Source: the human T2T-CHM13v2.0 reference genome, Homo sapiens
Assembly (NCBI RefSeq): GCF_009914755.1
Contig: NC_060938.1
DNA length: 64,000 bases
Reading direction: 5' to 3' (one strand)
Shown: positions 13,701-26,158 of the stretch, in pieces
How positions within the stretch are numbered: the stretch's first letter is position 1
Layout: the number at the start of each line of letters is the position of its first letter
The notes under the pieces: model-generated
Database searches by the model: none
What the model saw: only the letters and a program-made list of their open reading frames with translations
Told to the model about the DNA's origin: nothing
Made by a program: the position numbers and the translations under genes

Positions 13701-14864
13701 ATTGGGATAAAACACATTTTATGCAGCAAATTAAAAATACGTATTTAAATTTACCTTTTATTTTTTACCTAAAAAGTTCGCAAACTACTTGTAGCTATTA
13801 TTACTCTGAGGTCATTCCTCTGATACAAATGTATTTGTTGTTTTATTTCGGAGCTACAGATAGAAAATCTAAATACAGAATATTAAAAGTATGTAGTGTA
13901 ACATGACTTGTACTTAGTAGGTACTCCGTAAATGTTTGGAACTTATGAATTGAAGGTTTCTTTCTGATCTTAGTCTAGAACAGTGCTTCACAGCCTTTCT
14001 TATGTCATAATACACATAGAAATTGATAATATTTATATGTCATATGGAATTTTTTTCAAAGAACATCTCTAGTAATAACATAATACAGAGAGGGATACAA
14101 GTTGAAAAATGCTCTTCTATGTTGTTATTGTAACTTTTAGGAGTAAGACTACCATAGAAAGCATGCATTAGAATGCTAGGCTATGACATGGGTAAACAGA
14201 TGTTACATCTTTCAGGGCATCACACCATAGGAGTGGTATGCCTTACATCACATGGGAGATGTGAATGGCTTATAAGGAGTCCCAAACACTAGGACACCAG
14301 CCAGTTGAGGTCTGACTTCAAGACAGTTGGGTCTTGCACAGATGGTAGAAACAGATGGTAGAATGTATATTTGTGTATGGGGGGAGAGGGTGCCCTGTAT
14401 TCCACCCTTTATTCCCCCCTTGCATTCTGAGACTAGAGCTTGGCCTATGGCACCGACAATTCCTCAGTCCTGAATAACATGTATAGGCTACAGCATTGCC
14501 TAGTTCCATAAGTCACCCTAATGGTTAAAGTTTTGCCACCTGTCACCTTAAAATACCCCAACTTTGAATGGATTCTGAACCATAGCCTACGTGTTTAGAA
14601 TGTCTAGTTTGATGGAGCACAGATGGTTTGGGGAGCGCTAACATTCATCTTTACTTTGCCTTCATCTATTATTTTGCCCAAACGTGTTTATCCTACAGCC
14701 TGCTTACTAATGGCTCAGTTTGTTCTAGCTAGTTGTGGTTTGGGAGTAGGAGGCCACTCTGCCCACTGTTAGATGAGGGGATTGTAAATGTTAGAGAGGG
14801 CCGGGGTAGAGGAGTACTCTTTTTAAGAAAAGTAGTTGACTTTGATAATGAAAAGGTATCATCA

Positions 14865-15075
14865 TGATTATCGTCATGCTGTTGAGTGCTTTACTACATT
14901 TCAGGCACGATAAGGTTATATATTTAATACTTACAACTTTATGAGCAGCTGTCGTCATTATCGCCACTTTACAAATATGGAAACCCAGGCAAAAAGAGGC
15001 TAAGTAACTTTGCCAAGGTCTCACAGGTAGCAAATTGCAGAGCCAGAATGCAAAACTACTGCCTTATGATCTGCT
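14865..15075 (-). mobile_element. MIR
   Basis: 'gttgagtgctttact...actttacaaatatggaaacccaggc...taagtaactttgccaaggtctcaca...gcagagccagaa'. Confidence 0.8.
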
Positions 15076-16935
15076 TCTCTAAGTAGCTGGGAATGGAGAA
15101 AGACGGCGAGCAGATGTATAGAATGCACTGATTAGGGTGACTGGGTGAGCTCTGTGCTGAGTTATACTTCAAGATGTACAGGACAGAGTTAGGGAAATGT
15201 GAGACCAAGGGCTTTTCTGGGCAGGAACAACCATACTGGCTGCTGTGGCAAGGTTAGAGCCTGCCAGGTAACTACAGTGAGACTTCCTTTTCATACAGAT
15301 TGGGGGAACTGGCAAGACAAGTTATCATCACCTCCACATAGCAGGTGAGGGAAGGGAAGCAACAGCAGAGGCATTGGTGTTTTGTATTTAGAAGGGCACA
15401 TAGCCTAATGCTAAAACTCACCCATTAGTTACATCAATGTTTGGATGCTCTTTGAAAGACTTCTCAGGAGAGGTGTGAGAATGATTTGATTTGAAGGTGG
15501 GTTTTAGTCTTGACCGTGTGCCACAGCAAACAAAATGAAACTCCCCTTGAGATAAAGGTAATCAAGATGAAGGTGTATTTACAAAGATGAGCAGTGGGAT
15601 TTATCCAGTGACTCTGGAAGGTAATCCCCAGATTTAGTGCTCCATGAATACCTTGCCATGTTCCTAAGCTGGTAAATTACTCTGAGTTTTATGAGAGCGG
15701 ATTGTGGGAAGCATCTAGATGAAATTCAGCCTGTTTCACCTCGAGTCCAGGGCTCACTAATGCACCCCAGGTGTGCAGACTGCCCAGGCTTTCTGCCTTG
15801 GAAGCCTCAAGGAACTTTCATCCCAAAGGGAAGCTTTGAAGAATACCAAGGACCTTTCTATCTGTCCTTGATTTTTTGTCATTTTTCTGCCCACATTTGG
15901 TAATTGGAGATATTTGTGGTGTTAAAGCCGGACTTGTTCCTTCTCAGCCTGCCCCCTCCAGTAGTGAAATTTTAAGCCTGTGGCTTTGATTATGCAAAGC
16001 AGTGATTTCTCTGCAGTGTCCCTCAGATGTAAAAGGAGAATGACTGAAATACTAGAAAGGAAGTTACGGGAAATCACCAAACAACCATTTTCCATGTCTA
16101 CAGATCCTTTCATCTGAGGGCAAAAGAAGCTGGAGAGGGTGCCTCCAAAGGTGGGGGTTTGGAGGAGCACAATTTAAAATTCTCTGGGTTGTAGGCTAAG
16201 GATCAAAGGGTTATGTCCTCAGAATTACACGGTGAGTCACTGGAAAAACTCTGAGTAAAAGTCAGGCATCCTGTTTTCCAATCTTATATGCCTAATAATT
16301 TCAACTGGCTTTAAGACAGTACATTTATGTATATTTTTCATTTAGATCCATTGCCACCTAAAGAATATAATGATGTATGCATTATATAGATTATGGTTTC
16401 CATGCCCTAGAGCATCATGAGGTGTTTTGCCATGAGAATACAGTGGGTTAGGTGAAGAGGTGCTTGAGAAGCCTTGGTGTCTAATGTGTGGTCTCAGTAC
16501 TCTGTGGAATCTCCTCCTCCCTTACAAACCACTGCCTCTATTCAAGCCATCTTGTGCTTCAATTTAGAAGTTCTCCTTTAAGAGAGAGTTTTCCAAAGCT
16601 AAATTAACAGCTATGCAGTGTACTGAGTAACTCTGTGATTTACTTTTTCCAATTTTGACTGCTGTAAGCATTTCAGTTTGTTTCCCACTAGTTTGGATCA
16701 ACATGTTGGTTTTAACTTTATCTCCAAATGTAATGATTTTACATATTATAGACAAATGTGTTTGCACAGTTAAGGGCAGCAGGATTTGCTTGAACAGAGA
16801 ATATGTGAGTTCTGTAACTTTTAATATTCAATTCAATTTAAATTCTTTTTCATATGTCCTTTTTATATATTCCAGTTTCTGATTATGGGTAACCTGACTT
16901 GAAGGTCAGACCATCTGAAGTGAAGATGGTTAAAT

Positions 16936-16996
16936 TGTATGTGTTTGCACATGCATACACGTGTGTGTGTGTGTGCATGCATCCACATACACATGG
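16936..16996. repeat. Imperfect (TG/CA)n alternating purine-pyrimidine tract
   Basis: 'gcacatgcatacacgtgtgtgtgtgtgtgcatgcat'. Confidence 0.8.
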
Positions 16997-17439
16997 GTGT
17001 TCATGTGGTAAAGGAGAGCCAGAGAGATGTTTAATTTCCTCACCACATTGTAGAAACTGAAAGAGACATGTACTGCAGAAACAAATTCTGAGATACGTTT
17101 GCTAACCACTTTTTTAGGTTTCACCTTCCGGGGAAAATGTTAAGGCATTTGCAAACATGCCTAGTTTCTTAGCGATTTAAGGCGCATAGACTCTCTGTGA
17201 CTACACCTAGAGAGGTAAGACATGGAAAAGAACATAAGCTTTGAGCCACCTAGATTAGGGGCTTAATCTGGCCACACCACTTTTTAGATGTATAACTTCA
17301 GGTTGATTACTGGACCTGTATTCCTTTTCTTTCCTTGGTTGACACTTGTTCCAACTTATGATGTTGGTTTATGATTTTGATTTTAGTTTGGTTAACTTCT
17401 TATTTGGGGGATTTTGACTGACTTAATTTGTTCTCATCT

Positions 17440-17977
17440 TGTATTAGGGTTCTCTAGAGGGGTAGAACTAACAGGATAGATGAATATATGAAGGGAAATT
17501 TATTAAGTAGTATTGACTCACACGATCACAAGGTGAGGTCCCACAATAGGCTCTCTGCAAGCTGAGGAGCAAGGAAGCCAGTCCAAGTCCCAAGACCTCA
17601 AAAGTAGGGAAACCAACAGTGCAGCTTTCAGTCTGTGTCCAAAGGCCCAAGAGCCCCTGGCAAATCACTGGTGTAAGTCAGGAGTCTAAAAGCTAAGGAA
17701 TTTGGAGTCTGATGTTCAAGCGCAGGAAGCATCCAGCACAGGAGAAAGATGAAGGCCTATAGACTCAGCAAGTCAAGTCCAACTTCTGCCTGCTTCTTTC
17801 TAGCCACACTGGCAGCTGATTAGATGGTGCCCACCAAGATTGAGGGTGGGTCTGCTTCTCCAAGTCCACTGACTCAAATGTTTAACTTTTTGGCAACACC
17901 CTCACAGACACACCCAGGAATAATACTTTGCATCCTTCAGTCCAATCAGGTTGACACTCAGTATTATAACCGTCACA
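17440..17977 (-). mobile_element. Solo LTR, MLT2A (MLT2A2-like; ERVL)
   Basis: TG...CA termini ('tgtattagggttctctagagg' ... 'gttgacactcagtattataaccgtcaca'); perfect 5-bp TSD CATCT at 17435-17439 and 17978-17982. Confidence 0.92.
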
Positions 17978-18203
17978 CATCTGTTATCCTATTGATCCTG
18001 ATTCTTGACCTCTAGCCGCAGTTCCATTCAGAGAAGATTAGAATTGTTTCAGAGTTGGGCTAGGCACGATGGTTCACACCTGTAATCCCAGCACGTTGAA
18101 AGCCCAAGGTGGGAGGATTGCTTGAGCTCAGGAGTTTGAGACCAGCCTGCGCAATATAGTGAGACCCCATCGCTACAAAAAATTTTTTAAATTACCTGGG
18201 TAA

Positions 18204-18977
<774 letters not shown>

Positions 18978-19995
18978 TGATAGAGCAAGGCCCTGTCTAA
19001 AAAAAAAAAAAAAACAAAAAAAAAAAAACAGGAAGAAGAAGAAGGAGAACAATTGTTTCAGAGTTAAAAAGAATCTTAAAAATCATTGTGCTTGACAACA
19101 ATTTTTATGCTGCAGGTGCTTCTCTCCAAAGACCATTGGTAAGTTTACCTGTAAATGGAAACAAAATATGAACAATCCCCAAATCTGTGTTTCTGAAGAT
19201 TTATTCTTTCTAATGCTTGAGCATTTTGAAAGAGAGACAGATTAATAAGAAGGAAGAGGCTTCCTAGTATGAGGGAAAGTGTTCATGAGTTTTAGTCCTA
19301 GCTTTGACTCTCATTACACATGTGAAAATTTTCTCATCTTTAAACAGGCTTAAATACAAAGAATAACTGAAAAATATTGGAAACCTAAGTGGTTATAATG
19401 TTGTATCTAGTAGTGGGACTAGGAGTGATTCTTTGTTTGGTTTGGTTCTGTTTTTATTTCCAAATTTTATGCACTGGGAGTGTACTCCTTTTGTATTTAC
19501 TACTTCACCCCCACCAGCCAAAATGTCTTAAAATGTAAAATCATGAAAAATAAAAGGATAGGGATGATTTTCAGCCCCACTACCTCATAGGGTTTCTATG
19601 AAAATCAGATGAAACAATGTAAGACTGCGCATTGAAAAATAAATAATAACTACATAATAAAGTATTGCCAACATGTTAGATTTAGCCTTAAAGAAATTCA
19701 GTTTCTGTATAGGGCAAGTGGAGTGGCATGCAAATTCTTGAATCTCTTGAATTCATCATTTCAGTTTGCTATTCCTGCAAGAGGAAGGAATTCCATAGAT
19801 CCAAAATGCATATCTATTTGTCGCAAAGACAATAACTAAAGATTATTTGCTGCTACTACAGACTGATAGCAAATTTATCAGCATTAAAATAATTATTTTA
19901 AAGGCTACAGGAAAAACATGATCATGGCAAGGAATTATATCATGTTCTTGAGTAGATTAGGGAGAAAGAATAGAATTCAGGCAGACGAGGCTTGC

Positions 19996-20301
19996 CTATG
20001 GTCCCCAACCTTTTTTTGACACCAGGGACCAGTTTTGTGGAAGACAATTTTTCCGTGGATGGGGGCGGGGGTGGTGGTTTCAGGATGAAACTGTTCCACT
20101 TCAGATCATCAGGCATTAAATTCTCATAAAGAGCACACAACCTAGATCCCTCAAATGTGCAGTTCACAATAGGATTCGTGTTCCTAAGAGAATCTAACTC
20201 TGCCACTGATCTGACAGGAGGTGAAGTTCACCTCCTGTTGTGTGGCCCAGTTCCTAACAGGCCACAGACCAGTGTTGGTCCATGGCCTGGGGGTACCCCT
20301 G
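19996..20301 (-). mobile_element. MER1B (hAT-Charlie non-autonomous DNA transposon)
   Basis: 'ggtccccaacctttttt...accagggaccagttttgtggaagacaattttt', 'tcagatcatcaggcattaaattctc', 'gttcctaacaggccacagacc'; ends in 'acccctg'. Confidence 0.9.
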
Positions 20302-20325
20302 CACAAATCTAAAAACTCTCCCTTT

Positions 20326-21774
20326 GAGGCATCACATTACCCAACTGGAAACTATAGTATAAGGCTGCAGTAAGCAAAACAGCATGGTACTGGTACAGAA
20401 GCAAACACATTAACCAGTGGAACAGAATAGAGAACCCTGAAATAAAGCCACACACCTACAGATGTCTAATCTTCAACAAAGCTGACAAAAATAAGCAATG
20501 GGGAAAGGACTCACTGGTCAATAAATACTGCTGGGGTTGTTGGCTAGCCATATGCAGAAGAATGAAACCAGACCCCTACCTTTCACCATATGCAAAAATT
20601 GACTCAAGATGGATTAAAGATTTAAATGTAAGACCTTGAAATATAAGAATCCTAGAAGAAAACCTAGGAAATACCATTTTGTACATGGGCTTTGGTAAAG
20701 AATTTATGACTAAGTCCTCAAAGCAATTGGAACAAAAACAAAAATTGACAGATGGGACCTAATTAAACTAAAAAGCTTCTGCACAGCAAAAGAAACTATC
20801 AACAGAGTAAACAGACAACCTACAGATAGGGAGAAAATATTCACAAACTATGCATCTGACAAAGGTGTAATATCCAAATTCTGTTAGGAACTTATTGAAC
20901 AGTTGAACAGCAAAACCCAAATAACACTATTAAAAGATGGGCAAAAGACATGAGAAGACACTTCTCAAAAGAAGACATACAAGCAACCAACAAACATATG
21001 AAAAAATACTTATTATCACTAATCATCAGAGAAATGCAAATCAAAACCACAATGAGATACCATCTTACACCAGTCAGAATGGCTGCTATTAAAAAGCCAA
21101 AAAACAACATGTTGGCAAGACTGCAGAGAAAAGGAATGCATGTACACTGTTGGTGGGAATGTAAATTATTTCAGCCACTGTGGAAAGCAGTTTGGAGATT
21201 TCTCAAAGAACCTAAAACAGAATTATCATTTGACCCAGCAATTCCATTACTGGGTATATATCCAATAGAAAACAAATTTTTCTACGAAAAAGACACATAC
21301 ATATACTCACATGTTCATCGCAGCACTATTCACGATAGCAAAGACATGGAATCAGCCTAGGTGCCCATCTGATAAAGAAAATATGGTACATATAGACCAT
21401 GGAATACTATGCAGCCATAAAAAGAATGAAGTCATGTCCTTTGCAGCAACATGGATGCAGCTGGAGGCCATTATCCTAAGTGAATTAAGGCAGGAACACG
21501 AAACCAAATACCGCACATTCTCACTTATAAGTGGAAGCTAAACATTAAGTACTCAAGAACATAAAGATGGCAACAGTCAACACTGGGAACTACTAGAGAA
21601 GGGAGGGAGGAATTGGGGAGAAGGGTTGAAAAACTAACTGTTGAGTGCTGTTCTCAGTACCTAAATAAGGGGATCATTCATACCGCAAACCTCAGCATCA
21701 CACTATATATCCAGGTAACAAACTTGCACATGTATCCCCTGAATCTAAAATAAAAGTTGAAAAAGAAAAAAAAA
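20326..21774 (+). mobile_element. 5'-truncated L1 (older L1PA, L1PA16-like): ORF2 C-terminus and 3' UTR
   Basis: ORF 20950-21360 'RHFSKEDIQ...[21 protein letters not shown]...[13 protein letters not shown]' is the L1 ORF2 cysteine-rich C-terminus; AATAAA and A-tail; TSD aaaaactctccctttg / aagaactatccctttg. Confidence 0.95.
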
Positions 21775-21929
21775 AGAACTATCCCTTTGGGATGTTATGC
21801 TGACCACATAGAAATGTGGGAAACCTGCTTGTTAGTGGTGACACCCACATGGAAGTGCTTATTTTACTTATCCAACTTCCCACAACCTTTGTGATTATGG
21901 GCCACCATCAAGAGATCTCATTTAAATTA

Positions 21930-22194
21930 CATTTATCCTTCATATGCTTTTATGTTTGTAAAAGTAATACATACCCTTAAAATTCAGACCTTTCAGAGAT
22001 ACACTATGGAGGAAGGGAAAAAGTTCCCCATAATCTTAGACTTAACTGATATTAGCATGTTTGTATACAGTCCTTCAAATTTTTTCAATGCGTATATTAA
22101 CATATTTAGTATTCATTTGCTTCACAAAGAATGTGTTTATATATTATATACTGTTTTGCATCTTTTTCTCTTAATACATTTTGGACATATTTTT
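21930..22194 (-). mobile_element. Old L1M 3' fragment
   Basis: 'tgtaaaagtaatacata...taactgatattagcatgtttgtatac...tatactgttttgca' resembles the antisense L1ME end. Confidence 0.5.
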
Positions 22195-22506
<312 letters not shown>

Positions 22507-22632
22507 TGGACATATTTTATAAAACCCTTTGTAATACCAGTTGTCTTAATTTTTCATATTCTTTCAGAGTCATTTAGTCCGTGATTTCAGTGGTACATGT
22601 CTTACAAAGTTAAAAAGGAGAGCTGGATAGTG

Positions 22633-22840
22633 ATTTCTTTTTTTTTTTCTTTGTTGTTCTTCTTTTTTCTTTTTCCTTCTTCCCTTCTTCCTTTTTTTCT
22701 TCCTCCTCCTCCCTCCATTACCTCCTCCCTTCTGTCCCTCCTCCCCCCTCCTCCTTTCTCCCCTTCTCTCCTTGTTTTTCCCTCCTCCCCCTTCCCTTTC
22801 TCCCATCTTTCTTCTTTCTCCTCTTCTTTCTTCTTCTTTT
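22633..22840. repeat. CT-rich low-complexity polypyrimidine/polypurine tract
   Basis: About 208 nt of almost only C and T ((CTT)n, (CCT)n and C runs). Confidence 0.95.
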
Positions 22841-23094
22841 AGGTAAGAAAGAGTTTTTTGGAATGATCTTTCAGAAGCAGTTGCTATAGGCAACAATATT
22901 AGGTTTGTCTATGGCTCTACTTTTGTATTAGCCAATCCATTACTTGTGATTGTTGTGTTGATAATGGGAATCGTGAATTGATTACTTCATCAAAGCAATT
23001 TTTTCCACACTGACATTCTTTCTAGCAATGAACTTGTGAAATCAAATGGAATTTAGAGGTGATGCTCCTCTGTTTTGGAAAGGTGGAATGAGTT

Positions 23095-23700
23095 ATCCAC
23101 CTAGAAACAAATCTGATCTAGTCACTCTCCTATTTAGAGACTTCTTTTGACTTCTTCTCTAAAGAATAGAATCCAAATTTATTCTCTTAGTTTGTAAGAT
23201 TTTCTTGGGTCACCTCTCTAGCCATGTATGTGCTTCAGACACACTGATTTCTTGCTGTTCCTCATCCTTGTGTTTTGCATCGACTTTTCTTCCACTAGGA
23301 TGCTTTTTGCCAGCTTCTCTGCTTGGTGAAACTCGTATGTTTATAGCTCTTTGATAAGGCTTTGCTCCTCCCCCTAGGCACAACTCCTCCTCCTTGTTCT
23401 CTACTTCTATTGTAGTGGTTCTGCTGCTATAGTTTAACTTACCTTACCAGTCCTAATCTTTCTTTTAATTTTTTATTGTGTAATTTATTGCTGCATATGT
23501 ATTATATTTTACAATAATTAATATTATATATTTGTTACTATATAATTTACATATCGTAAAGTACACAAATCATAAGTATACAGTTGATGTATTTGCCAGG
23601 TCTGAATTTGTACCTGGGCTGTGAGCCTTCAGAGGGTAGGAACAATATTTTAGTCATTCTTATATCACCAGAGGTACTCAATAAGTACTTGAATATGAGC
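23095..23700 (+). mobile_element. L2 fragment interrupted by a short antisense L1M end (~23460-23590)
   Basis: 'acaaatctgatctagtcactctcc', 'ttcttgctgttcctc', 3' end 'ggtactcaataagtacttgaat'; the insert has 'ataatttacatatcgtaaagtacacaaatc'. Confidence 0.65.
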
Positions 23701-24058
23701 GACCACTACATAATTTCCTCAGTTCATCTAGTGTCTATTTCTTTATGGAAAGGGGACATTAACAAGTATTTTTTTGTAGATGTTTCAAACCAAGTAATAT
23801 TTGTTTACTGTCTTGCTACTAATCTCAAAAGTTGAGAGATTCAACCTAAAATATTGATTTCCTAGTGGCAATTATAGATCAGTGACTAAAAACAAATTTC
23901 ATCCATTTTTCTACTCACTTGATAATGTTTTATTAGAAACTATAAATCTTAAGACTTGAGGTATTAAACAGCAGAGAGATATGGTTAGGATCAAACTTCC
24001 TTTTCCTCACTATTTATTCCTTATAGAAAAAAAGCAACTACCCCTTCCCTTAAATTTA

Positions 24059-24357
24059 TTATTATTATTATTATTTGTGATGGAGTTTCACTCTGTCACC
24101 CAGGCTGGAATGTTGTGGCATGATCTCGGCTCACTACAACCTCTGCCTCAGGGTTCAAGCAATTCTCCTGTCTCAGCCTCCTGAGTAACTGGGATTACAG
24201 GCACCCACCACCATGCCCGACTAATTTTTGTATTTTTAGTAGAGATTAGATTTCACGATGTTGATCAGGCTGGCCTTGAACTCCTGGCCTCAGATGATCC
24301 ACCTGCCTTAGCCTCCCAAAGTGCTGGGATTACAGGCATGAGCCACTGCACCTGGCC
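24059..24357 (-). mobile_element. AluS with (TAA)n tail
   Basis: Full dimeric Alu; TSD tcccttaaattta at 24046-24058 and 24358-24370. Confidence 0.95.
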
Positions 24358-24429
24358 TCCCTTAAATTTAAATTCCCTTAAATATTCCTTTTGAAAGATG
24401 CTTTTTACCATTGCTAAAGAAGTGGAATG

Positions 24430-24473
24430 ATTTCAAATTAATTTCAAAATAATTTCAAATTAATTTCAAAATT
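24430..24473. repeat. 11-bp tandem repeat x4 (alternating atttcaaatta / atttcaaaata)
   Basis: Read directly from the sequence. Confidence 0.85.
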
Positions 24474-26144
24474 CTCCCACTAAAAGTTGCTGACATATTA
24501 AAGGAAATGATATTTATGCATGTTTTCTAAAAGCTAGATGTAGAAAACTTGCTCGGAGTAATTTGATTCAACAAAAGAGTTTAGTAGTTTTCCTTGAAAG
24601 ATAATCCTGAAATCAATACCTTTAATTTACATTAGGCACTCAAAGAAAATAAACACATTTCCCTACTTAAAAGGCTGGTCCAGGTACTTTTTTTGTGCTA
24701 GAAAATCAAGGCTGAAATATCTTTACTTTGTATTGATTCAGATTTTAAATTGTTCTTTGAAAAGTATATATGGAAACAGATTTTTAAAAATGTATAAATA
24801 GATAAACATGTATAAGCAGAGTTTTAAATGTATAGAAAAACAGATTCAAAAAACATGTCCACCAAATGGACATCTTTTCCTACTATATTCAGTAACCTAA
24901 ATGACCCTATCCCTTCTCAGCTTATCTTAATTTTAGTATACAGTTGCCCTTCTTCCATTAATTAATCAATAAGCTCATTCATTCACATAATCAGTCATTG
25001 TTGATGCCTGTTATATCCAAGGCACTCTATATTCTATATGCTTTATATTCTATGTACTCTATATTCTGGAGACATCAAGAAGAAAAGTTCAGATTAAAAT
25101 TTTCCTGACTCCATTTTTAAAAAGTTAGTTTTTACTTTTATGGTTAATTGTCTTAATTTAACAAGTGTCCATTTAGGATGTAATCTGTGCTCAGTACTGT
25201 TGTACATCATGATCTATATTCTCTCTAGAAGCTAGCATTTTATCCCATTGATTTAAATAATGTCTAATGAATTTTAAGTTCTTCATGTGGTTAGTGTTTT
25301 ACATTTTATGAGTAATAATGAAATGGAAGATTCAAGCAAACTCCATTTTCCTGAGAAATATGCATCTCTTTATTTCCCAATGTTAATTATCTAAATGCTG
25401 TTAGTTAATGCTATATTACTACAAGCTTTTTTTAAAAAAAGAGACAATATCCTTTCTTAAAAGAATGTTATAAATATAAAAAAGTACTTGTGTTAAATAA
25501 ATGTTATTGTTCATTTTTAGAGAAATCGAGTGTTTTCTTGGCAGAGATGGGAGAAGAAATGTAATTGCTTAAATAATTAAGTATTCATGCTTGGAAACCC
25601 AACTTCTGTTGCAGGGTTAACATATGAACTGGTGATTAACTGACAAAAATTAAGCATATGTGTTTGGGTCATGGTTTCTGTGGAGGCCATAGATTTGCTT
25701 TATGGAAACTTGAGCTTCTGTATAACAGAGTTTGAAACCATTACATGATCAGGTCATTTAGTAGGACAACCCAATAAAAGGTAACTTGAGGCCCCATGAT
25801 AAGAAAGTGTCTAAGAACTAAGTGATATGGTTACTTACCAATTAAAATGAGAAAAGTCATACTCTTTTAGTTTTCATCTGTTATGGTCATGGGGAAAATA
25901 TTTCTTTGAATTCGGTCCTGAACCCATCTGAGACTTGGGGAACATTAGCAGCTTCTCAGTGCATACTTTCTAGGGAAGGAGATAATGGAAGACCCTTTCT
26001 TCCTGTCTTCTGTGGTCTCTCTTGGGAGCCCAGGTCTTACTCAGAATAGGTTCTCATACTTAGAGGAAACTCAGATTGCTTTGGTCTTAGCCTGTAAATC
26101 AAAGGGTGAAGACTTTTTCTGTTTTCCTTAAGAGAGTTCTGCCC

Positions 26145-26158
26145 TCAGTAGAGGGCAG
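26145..26158 (+). promoter_or_regulatory. Candidate CTCF core motif
   Basis: TCAGTAGAGGGCAG vs the CCASYAGRKGGCRS core, one mismatch; motif match only. Confidence 0.35.

Noticed and set aside
20950-21541. 136-aa and 76-aa ORFs
   Set aside because: Fragments of L1 ORF2 and 3' UTR in a 5'-truncated L1, not a host gene
22570-22896. 108-aa K/R/E/G-rich ORF and the opposite-strand F/S/P-rich ORF
   Set aside because: Translation artefacts of the CT low-complexity tract
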